From contig CAYJKP010000001.1 of NCBI GenBank assembly GCA_964371245.1, positions 315,042 through 379,041 of the forward strand: a stretch of DNA of 64,000 nucleotides, written 5' to 3'. The translations under genes were made by a program, and so were the position numbers. Below, piece by piece: positions 35,441 to 44,997 of the stretch (within the stretch, counting starts at the first letter, position 1; every line of letters starts with the position of its first letter). The DNA is from an uncultured Gammaproteobacteria bacterium. GTDB lineage: Bacteria; Patescibacteriota; Patescibacteriia; JAHIZJ01. The notes beneath the pieces are model-generated. The model was not told the DNA's origin. It searched no databases and was given only the letters and a program-made list of their open reading frames with translations.

Positions 35441-37258
35441 ATGAATATACGCAATGTCGCCATCATCGCGCACGTCGATCATGGCAAAACAACACTTGTC
35501 GACGCGCTCTTGCGCCAATCAAAAACCTGGCTGAATAAAGAAGTCGCCGGGACTGATTTGATTATGGATTCGAATGACCTGGAGCGTGAGCGCGGGATTA
35601 CGATTTTTTCAAAAAATGCTTCGGTTGTCTGGACCGGTGTAAAAATCAATATCATCGACACGCCTGGGCACGCTGATTTCGGCGGCGAGGTGGAGCGGGT
35701 GTTAAATATGGCTGACGGCTGTTTATTGCTTGTCGACGCGAAAGAGGGGCCGATGCCGCAGACGCGCTTTGTCTTGAAAAAAGCGTTAGCCATGGGCCTC
35801 CGAATTATTGTGGTCGTGAATAAGATTGACAAACCCGATGCCCGTCCAGCCGAAGTGCTTGATCGGACATTCGACTTATTCGTCGAGCTGGGCGCAGACG
35901 ACCGGACGCTTGATTTCCCCGTGCTCTATGCCTCGGCAAAAGAAGGCCGGGCGGGCCTAACGGCTGACCTAGCCAGCTTGACCGATATTACCCCGATTTT
36001 TGACGCCATTCTCAATGAAATACCCGCGCCATCCGGCGATCCGACAAAGCCCCTGCAGCTGCTGATCACCTCGATCAGCGCTGATGCGTACAAAGGCCGG
36101 ATAGCGACTGGTCGAATCGCCCAAGGCGTGATTCGGTCAGGCGATACGATTACCCATATCAGCCGGTCTGGGATTCAAAAAAAATACCGCCTTGTTTCGC
36201 TGATGACGTATACCGGTCTTGAGCGGGTTGATGTGACTGAGGCCTCGGCCGGCGATATCGTCGCGCTGGCTGGCATACCCGATGTGACGATTGGCGAAAC
36301 AATCGCGGATGCTGAAAAACCGATTGCCCTGCCATTACTCGATATTGAGCAACCGACCGTAAAGATTACCTTGCGCATAAATGACTCGCCGTTCGCCGGC
36401 CGGGAGGGCCAGTATTGCACCTCGCGCCAGATTAACGAGCGTCTGGAAAAGGAGCTGGAAACGGATTTAGCACTCCGGGTAGAAGACAGCCCCTCAGGCG
36501 GCTGGGCCGTGTCAGGCCGAGGCGAACTGCATCTCGCCATATTAATCGAGCGACTCCGGCGCGAAGGTTATGAGCTTCAGGTTTCCCGTCCGCATGTGAT
36601 TTTGAAGACGGTTGAGGGCGTTGTCCAGGCGCCGTTTGAGCGCGTTTTTGTTGAAGTGCCGGAAGCGCACAGCGGGGCCGTTATTCAAAAACTGGGCAGT
36701 CGGGGCGGCGAGATGCACGATTTCCAAACCCGCGAGGGCGTCAGTTATTTGGAATTTGTCATTCCCACCCGGGGCCTCTTTGGCTTCCGGAGCGAATTTC
36801 TGACGGATACGCGCGGCCTGGGAATTATGAATACCCTGTTTGAGGGCTATTTTCCTGATCCGGGCAACTGGCATGAACGCGAGCAGGGCTCGCTCGTCGC
36901 CCACGAAAGCGGCGTGTCGAATCTCTATGGACTGCTCAATGTTCAAAACCGTGGTACATTTTTCATCGGTCCGGGCGTCGAGGTGTATAAAGGCCAGGTT
37001 GTGGGGCAAAATTCGCGCGAGGATGATATTCACGTAAATGTTTGTAAAACAAAGCAGCTTTCAAATATGCGTTCGAAGGGCGACGGCAGCGCCGAACATT
37101 TTAATCGGCCGAAGGACATGGGTCTCGAGGACGCTTTGGAGTATATTAACGACGACGAATTAGTCGAGGTCACGCCGAAATCGATTCGGATTAGGAAAAA
37201 GGTGCTTGACCTGCAAATCGCGAAAAAACTCGCCCGCGAGGAGAAGGGTGCTGCTTGA
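35441..37258 (+). CDS. typA: translational GTPase TypA/BipA
   Basis: MNIRNVAIIAHVDHGKTTLVD G1 motif; DTPGHADF; NKID; EF-G-like domains; start at inner ATG 35441. Confidence 0.9.
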   Translation: MNIRNVAIIAHVDHGKTTLVDALLRQSKTWLNKEVAGTDLIMDSNDLERERGITIFSKNASVVWTGVKINIIDTPGHADFGGEVERVLNMADGCLLLVDAKEGPMPQTRFVLKKALAMGLRIIVVVNKIDKPDARPAEVLDRTFDLFVELGADDRTLDFPVLYASAKEGRAGLTADLASLTDITPIFDAILNEIPAPSGDPTKPLQLLITSISADAYKGRIATGRIAQGVIRSGDTITHISRSGIQKKYRLVSLMTYTGLERVDVTEASAGDIVALAGIPDVTIGETIADAEKPIALPLLDIEQPTVKITLRINDSPFAGREGQYCTSRQINERLEKELETDLALRVEDSPSGGWAVSGRGELHLAILIERLRREGYELQVSRPHVILKTVEGVVQAPFERVFVEVPEAHSGAVIQKLGSRGGEMHDFQTREGVSYLEFVIPTRGLFGFRSEFLTDTRGLGIMNTLFEGYFPDPGNWHEREQGSLVAHESGVSNLYGLLNVQNRGTFFIGPGVEVYKGQVVGQNSREDDIHVNVCKTKQLSNMRSKGDGSAEHFNRPKDMGLEDALEYINDDELVEVTPKSIRIRKKVLDLQIAKKLAREEKGAA

Positions 37259-37282
37259 CAAACACAGAAAATAGGGTATGAT
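37255..37282 (+). promoter_or_regulatory. strong promoter TTGACA-16-TATGAT overlapping the typA stop
   Basis: consensus -35 and near-consensus -10. Confidence 0.5.
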
Positions 37283-37493
37283 GCTCCATTGACTTTATTC
37301 TCGATACTTTTGTTATCTATAAGCCTTGGTTGATAGCTGAACTGTTGAATGTATCAATAGACAGCTGCCAAACAGGGTTGAAAAGAAAACAAACCTGTAA
37401 AGCGGTGACCGGCGAAGAACGTCGGTCGGCTCATTCCCAACGGATGCTCGAGGGCGAAGACCGTTCCGGCATCCGACAGACGGGAGGTTCATC

Positions 37494-38000
37494 GTGATGC
37501 GCGTGTTTCGGCATAGCCGAAATCAGGTAAGATGGCTCTACGGAGTCGCGCTATTCTTCTCACTGGTGGGTGGGGGAGCGGCGATAATCTCAATCGAGAG
37601 CGGACGACCATCGTTCGCCGCCTGGCTGTGGCTCATCGCACCAGTCGTCCCACTTCTCATCGTCAATGGTGTCATGGAGATCCACCTGCGACAGAAGCTC
37701 GCCCATATGATCTATTCAAAACCTCGACGAGCTATCTTCGGGTCCAGGTCAGTCACGACCTATCACTACGATCGCGCGGTGGAGATGATGCTCACCCAGC
37801 TGGCAGAACGCCTTGGCGCAGCGATCCGAGTCGAAGAAGCAATGCGAGAAGGCGAATACTGTCCGGCAACAATGGGCGTCATAAGGGCTCACGTTAGGTT
37901 GGCAAAGAGTGCTTTCTGGCGTGCGTATTGGCTGGCTAGTATCTTTGACAAACCAGTCAAGTCGAGCTGGAAGGACTATCTGACGGCGCAGGTTGCCTAA
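37494..38000 (+). CDS. hypothetical membrane protein, about 58% GC
   Basis: GGGAGG RBS 9 nt upstream; 2-3 TM helices. Confidence 0.5.
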   Translation: MMRVFRHSRNQVRWLYGVALFFSLVGGGAAIISIESGRPSFAAWLWLIAPVVPLLIVNGVMEIHLRQKLAHMIYSKPRRAIFGSRSVTTYHYDRAVEMMLTQLAERLGAAIRVEEAMREGEYCPATMGVIRAHVRLAKSAFWRAYWLASIFDKPVKSSWKDYLTAQVA

Positions 38001-38181
38001 GTTGCGGACTTGCCGTCGGCTCGGGTCGAGTCTCGTCACAAGCGACTTTACCCGGGCATTTTTTATACCCAATAGTATTGATATAATAAAAGGTGGATGG
38101 GAAATATGTCAGCCGATTCAAAAACGGATGTCTCGGGACGACTTTTTTGACAAAGAGCCGCGCCACCGGTAGGCTGAAGAA

Positions 38182-38826
38182 GTGGATAATGTCTTCGCCG
38201 TTTATAAGCCCGTCGGTCCGACCTCAAATGATATCCTCGAGGATATCCGTCGTCGCACCGGCATAAAAAAAGTCGGCCACGCTGGCACGCTCGATCCACT
38301 CGCCAGCGGCGTTTTAATTGTGGCCATCGGCCGCGACGCGACGAAGCGACTTTCGGCGGAGGTGGCCAAGGAAAAAGAATATCTCGCCACTATCCGGCTT
38401 GGCGAGGAAAGCACGACCGACGACGCGGAGGGCGAAAAAACGAAGCAGGCAATCGAAACGCCGCCGAGTCGTGAGCAGATCCAAGAAATTCTGCCACAAT
38501 TTGTCGGTCAGATCGAACAGACGCCGCCGAAATATAGCGCCATAAAAATTAAAGGTCGAGAAGCCTATAAATACGCCCGCCAGAATCAAACCGTTGTCTT
38601 GGAGCCGAGAATGGTCACGGTAAAAGAAATTACGTTGGTTTCGTATGCCTGGCCAGACGTCGTCTTGCGCATTGTCACCGGACCGGGCGTGTATATTCGT
38701 TCACTGGCCAGGGATCTTGGTCGGGCACTCGGTGTGGGTGGCTATATTTCCGCTTTGGAGCGGACACGGGTGGGGGAGTTTACAAAAGATCAGTGCGTCG
38801 ATCCCGATCAAATAACGGTACGCTAA
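38182..38826 (+). CDS. truB: tRNA pseudouridine(55) synthase (GTG start)
   Basis: VFAVYKPVGPTSNDI...VGHAGTLDPLASGVL TruB catalytic Asp motif. Confidence 0.85.
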   Translation: MDNVFAVYKPVGPTSNDILEDIRRRTGIKKVGHAGTLDPLASGVLIVAIGRDATKRLSAEVAKEKEYLATIRLGEESTTDDAEGEKTKQAIETPPSREQIQEILPQFVGQIEQTPPKYSAIKIKGREAYKYARQNQTVVLEPRMVTVKEITLVSYAWPDVVLRIVTGPGVYIRSLARDLGRALGVGGYISALERTRVGEFTKDQCVDPDQITVR

Positions 38827-38831
38827 CACAG

Positions 38832-39554
38832 ATGACACAAATATCCATATTTGATAATATGAAACCGTCTATGAATGAAAAAATGATCCGGCTTTCACCG
38901 AGTACAGGGTTGAATCTTTACCGCGAATGTCCGCGCTGTTTTTGGCTGCACCATAACAAAGGTATCCATCGGCCGCGCGGAATATTCCCATCCTTGCCCG
39001 GCGGGATGGATCTGGTGATTAAAGACTACATGGACAGCTTCCGAAAACGCGACACCATGCCGCCTGAACTCGCCGGACAGGTTGAAGGAAAATTAATGAC
39101 TGACCTAGTCTTGATGAATAAATGGCGCAATTGGCGCACCGGCATGGAATATAAAGATACTGCGATGAACGCCGTTCTTTTCGGCGCGCTTGACGAATGC
39201 CTCTTTGATAATGGCACGTACATCCCGCTTGATTATAAAACGAGGGGGAGTGCGCCAAAAGAGGGGGACTCAGAACGGTATTATCAGACCCAGCTCGACG
39301 CCTACACCTTGCTTTTATCTGAAAACGGTTATCCGACAAAGAATCTCGCCTATTTGCTGTACTATTTTCCTCACGAAGTCAAACAAAACGGTGAAGTAAC
39401 ATTTCGAACCAAGGTCATTCGTCTGAGCACTGACGTCGCCCGCGCCAAAAAATTGTTCAGCGAAGCGGTGCGGGTGCTGCGCGGAGCAATTCCGAAACGG
39501 CACAGCAACTGCGAGTATTGCACCTGGAACCACAGCCTCAATGAATTTGATTAA
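38832..39554 (+). CDS. PD-(D/E)xK nuclease, Cas4/RecB-like with Cys cluster (orphan, no CRISPR nearby)
   Basis: N-terminal CPRC, D...LDYK(T) core, C-terminal CEYCTW Cys cluster. Confidence 0.6.
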   Translation: MTQISIFDNMKPSMNEKMIRLSPSTGLNLYRECPRCFWLHHNKGIHRPRGIFPSLPGGMDLVIKDYMDSFRKRDTMPPELAGQVEGKLMTDLVLMNKWRNWRTGMEYKDTAMNAVLFGALDECLFDNGTYIPLDYKTRGSAPKEGDSERYYQTQLDAYTLLLSENGYPTKNLAYLLYYFPHEVKQNGEVTFRTKVIRLSTDVARAKKLFSEAVRVLRGAIPKRHSNCEYCTWNHSLNEFD

Positions 39555-39571
39555 TTATTAACAAAAATACC

Positions 39572-40018
39572 ATGATGCGACTGATGAGCCATAATTTTGT
39601 TGACGGTGGAAAAATCCCATCAAAGTATACCTGCGATAGCGAAGGGGTAAATCCGCATTTATCTTGGGAGGGCGCACCCGAAGGGACAAAAAGTTTTGCC
39701 GTAACATGCCTTGACCCGGATGCGACTATCGGCGAGTTCGCGCATTGGCTTATCGTCAACATTCCTCCAACCGTGCGCGAAATTCCAGAGGTGTCATCAG
39801 CGCCAGCCGGCGCGGATGAGATCGCGAATGACTCTGGCCGACCTGGCTACCACGGACCATGTCCACCGCGCGGGGAGCATCGGTATATTTTCACGATCTA
39901 TGCGCTGGGGATTGAACATGTCGAGGGATTAAACCGGGAAACGTTTGTGGCTGAGGTGAAAGAGCACATGCTCGATTCGGCGACCTTAGTCGGATTATAT
40001 CAACGGGTTACTCAATAA
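39572..40018 (+). CDS. YbhB/YbcL-family PEBP (Raf kinase inhibitor-like) protein
   Basis: GPCPPRGEHRYIFTIYAL PEBP signature. Confidence 0.8.
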   Translation: MMRLMSHNFVDGGKIPSKYTCDSEGVNPHLSWEGAPEGTKSFAVTCLDPDATIGEFAHWLIVNIPPTVREIPEVSSAPAGADEIANDSGRPGYHGPCPPRGEHRYIFTIYALGIEHVEGLNRETFVAEVKEHMLDSATLVGLYQRVTQ

Positions 40019-40023
40019 AAAGA

Positions 40024-41190
40024 ATGACATCAGAAAAATACTTTTCATACCGGGGGAAAATTAATCGCGACAATCGAAAATTCAGCACGGTTTATGTTGT
40101 TATCGGATGCGTAGTCGCGTTCATTGCTGGCGCAGTAATTATTGTGGCGAGTAGGCAAACGCAGGTTTCCAGTCCGCTGAGCTTCATAGCCGGCACCCCA
40201 AAGGGAGCGTCAGCAGACAATTCGGGTATTAATGCTTTTTCACCGACCCGTGCTGGAAAAGTCACGTTTATCGCAGTTGGTGATGTCATGCTTTCGCGGA
40301 CAGTCGGTCAGAAAATACGTGAGCACGGGATCGGGTATCCTTTTGAAAAAACCACCGGATTACTAACCTCGGGCGATTTTGCTTTTGGCAACCTTGAAAC
40401 CTCGATTACCGAGGGGCCGGTCGTGAAAAGCGGAACGATGATGTTCCGGGCTGATCCTGGCGTTGAAAACGCTCTCAAGGATAATGAGCTCGTCATTCTC
40501 TCGCTGGCGAACAATCATACGCCAAATTACGGACAGAAAGGCTTGCATGATACGTTTGATTATCTGACGAAGGCCGGAATCCAATATGTTGGGGCTGGGA
40601 AGGATGGTGTTGAAGCGCGGACTCCGAAAATAATTGAGCGTGCCGGCGTGCGCATTGCCTTTCTCGCCTACAACGACAGTGATGTCGTACCGGCGTCGTA
40701 TGAAGCGAGTTCCAGTCGGGCCGGGACTGCCCTGATGAATATCAATACTTTGAAGAAAGATATTGAAACAGCAAAACAAAAGGCTGACGTTGTTTTTGTG
40801 TCAATGCATTCGGGTACGGAATACGTCCCCGGTCCGAATGCCCGGCAGACCGCTTTTGCCCACGCCGCCATCGAGGCTGGCGCCGAATTGGTCATCGGCC
40901 ATCATCCCCATGTTGTCCAAAGCGTCGAGGAATACCAGGGCAAGCTCATCATCTATAGTTTAGGGAATTTCGTATTTGATCAAATGTGGTCGACTGAAAC
41001 GCAGCAGGGCGTTGTGGCCGAGATTACGCTGGCCCGATCAACGGTAACGAATATCGAATTTACGCCGATCATGATTGAAGACTATGCACAGCCGCGTCTC
41101 GCGCACGGCGAGGAGATTAATACGATTCTTGATCGTCTCCAGCTGGATAAAATCAGCCAGCGCACATCGGGCTGGTCGCCCAAAACGTAA
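40024..41190 (+). CDS. CapA/PGA_cap family metallophosphatase-like protein (poly-gamma-glutamate capsule synthesis-like)
   Basis: N-terminal TM; FIAVGDVMLSR...ANNH...HSGTEY...GHHPHVVQ blocks. Confidence 0.75.
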   Translation: MTSEKYFSYRGKINRDNRKFSTVYVVIGCVVAFIAGAVIIVASRQTQVSSPLSFIAGTPKGASADNSGINAFSPTRAGKVTFIAVGDVMLSRTVGQKIREHGIGYPFEKTTGLLTSGDFAFGNLETSITEGPVVKSGTMMFRADPGVENALKDNELVILSLANNHTPNYGQKGLHDTFDYLTKAGIQYVGAGKDGVEARTPKIIERAGVRIAFLAYNDSDVVPASYEASSSRAGTALMNINTLKKDIETAKQKADVVFVSMHSGTEYVPGPNARQTAFAHAAIEAGAELVIGHHPHVVQSVEEYQGKLIIYSLGNFVFDQMWSTETQQGVVAEITLARSTVTNIEFTPIMIEDYAQPRLAHGEEINTILDRLQLDKISQRTSGWSPKT

Positions 41191-41204
41191 AGCGCTATAG
41201 CTTT

Positions 41205-41250
41205 GCCACAAACAGAAAGACCGCCACGAGGCGGCCTTTCTGTTGTAGTA
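41205..41250. terminator. bidirectional terminator (14-bp stem ACAGAAAGACCGCC-acga-GGCGGCCTTTCTGT)
   Basis: long near-perfect inverted repeat between convergent capA-like and HU genes. Confidence 0.65.
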
Positions 41251-41266
41251 AACGTGATTCTTTTTT

Positions 41267-41539
41267 TTAAAGAATGGTGTCCTTGGCTTGTTTGGCCACT
41301 CGGAATTTCACTACAGTTTTCGCCGGGATCTGAATCGTCTCGCCAGTCGCTGGGTTGCGACCCTGGCGGGCGGCGCGGTTTTTCTTGACCAATTTGCCAA
41401 GACCGGGCAGGGTGAATTCACCCTTGGCTTTTGTTTCCGCGTAGGCCGTTTCCACGAGGATGTTCATAAAGTCAGCGACCTCCTTTTTGGAGCGTCCTGA
41501 TTTGTCGGCCAAGACCGCGAACAGTTGAGACTTTGTCAT
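41267..41539 (-). CDS. hup: DNA-binding protein HU
   Basis: MTKSQLFAVLADKSGRSKKEVADFMNILVETAYAE...RNPATGETIQIPAKTVVKFRVAKQ HU/IHF fold. Confidence 0.9.
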   Translation of the reverse strand: MTKSQLFAVLADKSGRSKKEVADFMNILVETAYAETKAKGEFTLPGLGKLVKKNRAARQGRNPATGETIQIPAKTVVKFRVAKQAKDTIL

Positions 41540-41795
41540 TGATTTTGGCATACGTCTCTTTTAGTTATTAACATTTACCCAATAATTATAACGAAAATAC
41601 ACAAAAAAACAACAAAATTGTGTTAATTATTAATGTTTTTCAATGATTTTATCTGATGATATATGAATAATATGCTATTAATTGTTTAATATTAGCCAAA
41701 TAACATTTAAAAAATAAATCATACAATTAATGCCAATAAATACGTATTAATACCGTTATGCTATAATTTTGCCGTATGAATATTCGCAAACGCAT

Positions 41796-42098
41796 ATGAA
41801 AAAAATCATCGCCATTACGTTAGTTATTCTTTCTGTTGGCTTCACTGTTGGTTGCAGGGAAAGCAAGACCGAAAATACAAATCAAGCATCAGTACCGACA
41901 AATGCCACGGATAGCGGCAACGCGAACAGCAATCGCGCTCAAGAAGGAAATAACGGAAACGTAAACGCATCGTTCAACCGCAATCTCCAGGAAATTGAGA
42001 TGTTAACAAACAGCGCCGATGCGGCAGGTAAAAATGTTGATACCGAATATGATGGATTCGAAAATCTCGACGCGAGCGACGATAACATTGAGATATAA
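41796..42098 (+). CDS. small lipoprotein (Asn/acidic-rich)
   Basis: MKKIIAITLVILSVGFTVGC lipobox signal peptide. Confidence 0.55.
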   Translation: MKKIIAITLVILSVGFTVGCRESKTENTNQASVPTNATDSGNANSNRAQEGNNGNVNASFNRNLQEIEMLTNSADAAGKNVDTEYDGFENLDASDDNIEI

Positions 42099-42115
42099 TT
42101 ATTTACATTATCGAT

Positions 42116-42862
42116 ATGAACAAACGGTGCGGTAAAACAATTGGTCTGATCAGTCTCGGCGTTTTCGCTCTATTTTTCTCCTGGCCCGGCATTACGCAGG
42201 CGGTTCAAAAGGTCGATGCGCTCAATGAATATCGAAACGCGAAAACACAGGAAGAGAAATTGGAAAAGGTTAAGGCGCTCGGCGTTGACATGATTGACCG
42301 ACGCATTGCGTCTCTTGAGCAGCTGAAGAAAATACTGGATCAGGCGGTGAAGCTTGAACCAACCTTGAGAGATTCCTTGATTATTCGAATTAATGACGCC
42401 GAAAACGGTCTGAACGCTTTGAAGACCGAAATCCAAACGGGCACTGATTTCGAGGCGGTTCGTGAAAAGGTGCGCTCGATTATAACTGGCTATCGCGTCT
42501 ACGCCGTTTTTATGCCCCAGATACGCGGACTCGCTGTCATCGATCGTTTGCGGACGTATCAGGAAACGCTTGATGCCTTGAAGGTTGCTCTTCAGGCAAA
42601 GGTTGACGATGCAGAGGCGGCTGGTCGTCCAGTCGAAGAGAGCCAAGGGAAAATTGATCGGGCAACAACGGCGTTAGCGAACGGCGCCAGTTTCCTGGCC
42701 ACGGCTGAACGCGATTTCTCAAACATGAAAATCGATGAAGCCGTCGCCGCACACGACTTGTTCAAAAACGGAAAAGGCGATCTTCAGAATGCGCGCGATT
42801 CATTTCATCAGGCAAAAACCCTGCTTCGCGAGGCAACAAACGTTCTTCGCGAACTGAAATAA
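42116..42862 (+). CDS. secreted coiled-coil protein, hypothetical
   Basis: signal peptide; heptad-rich sequence. Confidence 0.5.
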   Translation: MNKRCGKTIGLISLGVFALFFSWPGITQAVQKVDALNEYRNAKTQEEKLEKVKALGVDMIDRRIASLEQLKKILDQAVKLEPTLRDSLIIRINDAENGLNALKTEIQTGTDFEAVREKVRSIITGYRVYAVFMPQIRGLAVIDRLRTYQETLDALKVALQAKVDDAEAAGRPVEESQGKIDRATTALANGASFLATAERDFSNMKIDEAVAAHDLFKNGKGDLQNARDSFHQAKTLLREATNVLRELK

Positions 42863-42963
42863 ACACAGGTATTGAAGAAACTGAGCGAACTGAAAAAGTT
42901 ACGATAAAAAACTGAACCCCCTGGACCAGATGGTCGCAAGGGGCTTGAAACGTTTTCTCGAGC

Positions 42964-43120
42964 TTACGCGCGAGGAAAGGTTTCGAGGAGATTCTGAAGC
43001 ATTGTCCCGACCATCGCCAGACCAGAATGAATAATCGAGAGAGCGGGGACAGCGACTTCAGGAAGGAACAGTTTTAGCAGGACGATGGTCAGAACCAGGA
43101 AGAAGAGGAAGCGAATCATG
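42964..43120 (-). CDS. small hydrophobic protein (51 aa; below ORF-track cutoff), tentative
   Basis: MIRFLFFLVLTIVLLKLFLPEVAVPALSIIHSGLAMVGTMLQNLLETFPRA; hairpin plus T6 downstream on minus strand. Confidence 0.25.
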
Positions 43121-43124
43121 TGTT

Positions 43125-43577
43125 TAGGCTTATTGGATTAAGCCTGGAGGCTCAAAGGGTGGACTGCGCGACGAACCGCAATCCACGGGGGTTCTTTGTG
43201 ACCACCATCCTTTGATTCTCTCCAGCCGGAAGGGCGGGAACGCGTCCTGGCCTTTCAGTTGGAGAGAATGCGTTATGTTGTGGAAAGAACAGCACTGTAT
43301 GATATCATCATACTATTATATTTGTCAAATTTATGGCCACACTCTTGACAAAAATATCTGGCGGTGATACCATCGCCCTAACCATCCTTTAACCGGGATG
43401 TGTTGATGCGAAGGCATAGATCAACGGTCCATCATTAGGACGCTTTAGACCGTTGGGAGCCTAGTAGCGTAACCACCCATCAACAAACTGGTTAACTACT
43501 TTGCCCGTCCGTTTATCGGACGATCTGATGCCTCCTATGGGGCTCTTTTTGTTGTGAGTCAACAAGGGAGGTGCACC
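43125..43577 (+). other. long, highly structured noncoding leader / candidate ncRNA (multiple nested inverted repeats) upstream of REC-like gene
   Basis: GGCTTA-ttggat-TAAGCC; ATTCTCTCC...GGAGAGAAT (9 bp); CAACGGTC...GACCGTTG (8 bp); CGTCCG-tttat-CGGACG; promoter-like TTGACA-17-TACCAT at about 43345. Confidence 0.35.
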
Positions 43578-44312
43578 ATGCAATGGGTTCTGCTTTTTGA
43601 CACGAACGTCGAGCGGCTCAACCTGTTTCTGTCCGCGCTCCTTGGGTATCAGGTGATCGGCGTGTCGGAATTCAGCGCCGCCAAGCGGCTCATTCTCGAA
43701 CGCCAGCCCGCGATCGTTCTGGCGGATTGGTTCGACTCAAACACGAACCGTCTGCTGAACGAGCTCGAGCAGATCCGCGACCGGCCCATCCCGCCGTTTT
43801 ACTTCATGGCCGACGTGCCGAACCAGGCGAAGGTCCGCGAATGCCGGCGTCGGGCGCTCAGCCAGGGAGCCTTCGGTTTCATCCCGCGGCCGATCGGCCA
43901 GGCTCAGTTCCTGCTCTATGTCAACGGGGCATTGGCTCGGGCCAGAGGCTATCAGGTCGCGGAGGTGACAACCATAGTGTTGCCAGCCACGTTCGGTACG
44001 AAGGACGACCCGCTGCTTATAGCCTTGAACGGCTCGCCCTATTCGAACATCGCCCACTTGGCCGGCGGCTGGGAAGTCCTTGACTCTATTCTGGAGCGTC
44101 ATGGCATCCGGGCATCGGAAGAGGACATGAGCGAACTGCGTGAGGCGATCGTCGGCTGGGGCAGCCTACGGGAAGAGGACCGACTGCTCCGGGCGATCGA
44201 CTTGCACGACGGCCTGCTCTTCGACTGTCGCACTCCCGTTGACCAGGTGATCTATGACATTGCCCATGAGATCCTGTATGGCGCTGGCGTGAAAGGAAGC
44301 AAGGCTGCCTGA
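43578..44312 (+). CDS. receiver (CheY-like) domain protein with uncharacterised C-terminal domain, about 60% GC
   Basis: GGGAGG RBS 7 nt upstream; N-terminal block with Asp in VLADWF resembles a REC fold. Confidence 0.5.
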   Translation: MQWVLLFDTNVERLNLFLSALLGYQVIGVSEFSAAKRLILERQPAIVLADWFDSNTNRLLNELEQIRDRPIPPFYFMADVPNQAKVRECRRRALSQGAFGFIPRPIGQAQFLLYVNGALARARGYQVAEVTTIVLPATFGTKDDPLLIALNGSPYSNIAHLAGGWEVLDSILERHGIRASEEDMSELREAIVGWGSLREEDRLLRAIDLHDGLLFDCRTPVDQVIYDIAHEILYGAGVKGSKAA

Positions 44313-44393
44313 GTTCGGCCGTCCAGTCACATCCGGCACCATCTCCGTGTTCACCCTTATCCGGCTGGTAACACAGCGGGATCTGCGGTGACT

Positions 44394-44431
44394 GCCCGAG
44401 TGCCACTCGCGTGGTCGCTCGGGCTTTTTTA
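44394..44431 (+). terminator. intrinsic terminator (GCCCGAG...CTCGGGC, T6)
   Basis: 7-bp stem plus TTTTTT. Confidence 0.65.
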
Positions 44432-44435
44432 ATAA

Positions 44436-44467
44436 TAAAAAAATGAGGGTACGATAGTGGTACCCTC
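44436..44467 (-). terminator. intrinsic terminator for minus-strand gene (GAGGGTAC-gatagtg-GTACCCTC with A7/T7)
   Basis: 8-bp stem preceded by A7 on the + strand. Confidence 0.6.
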
Positions 44468-44490
44468 AGCCGTCGCGTTGGTAACGGCGG

Positions 44491-44997
44491 CTATGCGTCA
44501 GTCGGAGGCTTGGCGCCCAGGTATTTCCTGATGTAGAACTTCTTCATCGTCTCTGATCCCATGAAGAGAACCAGGACCACGAAGCACTGTTCGGCCAGGT
44601 GCTTCGGAATCTTTACGTTCTCAAATAGCATGGAACCTAGCGAGATCAAGAAGAACATACTCCACCAGGCGATAACCCAGCGGCCGCCGCGGCGAGTGAT
44701 GTGTTTCGTATGCGACCAGCGCATGACCTCCTTATTGGAGACATACATGGCCAGAAACGCACAGTACATCGTCACGGTGACGAACGGAACCTGCCAGTGG
44801 GCGGCGTGCAGCACCTGCAGCCACGGGAGGAGTCGGACCGCTTCCATCACGTTCATGAGGAACATCAAGCACGTGAAGAAAGAGAATCCCTGGCAGAGCA
44901 GTTGGGCGTTGATGTTAGCCCGAGACACCTCATCAACAGTCGGCTTGGCCAACCGGATTTCTCCCCTCAAAGCCGTGTGCGTCCTCATGGCGGACAC
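44491..44997 (-). CDS. hypothetical 4-TM membrane protein
   Basis: hydrophobic ORF with its own terminator. Confidence 0.5.
   Translation of the reverse strand: MSAMRTHTALRGEIRLAKPTVDEVSRANINAQLLCQGFSFFTCLMFLMNVMEAVRLLPWLQVLHAAHWQVPFVTVTMYCAFLAMYVSNKEVMRWSHTKHITRRGGRWVIAWWSMFFLISLGSMLFENVKIPKHLAEQCFVVLVLFMGSETMKKFYIRKYLGAKPPTDA

Noticed and set aside
35279-37033. Minus-strand ORFs (35279..35518, 35479..35832, 36175..36540, 36542..37033) inside typA
   Set aside because: They are antisense to the strongly conserved TypA coding sequence and are spurious.
37400-37493. ZTP (pfl) riboswitch, suggested by GTGACCGGCG
   Set aside because: The downstream ACCGCCGGG and CCGGGCGCCTGGGC pseudoknot elements are absent. 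The local hairpin GACCG...CGGTC explains the motif.
42863-43577. RNase P RNA, tmRNA, SRP RNA or 6S RNA in the long noncoding stretch
   Set aside because: No P4-type GGAAAGUCCGG...ACAGAACCCGGCUUA consensus was found. No tRNA-like tmRNA ends or tag ORF were found. A CCGGAAGG segment resembles SRP domain IV only superficially. It is left as an unclassified structured region.
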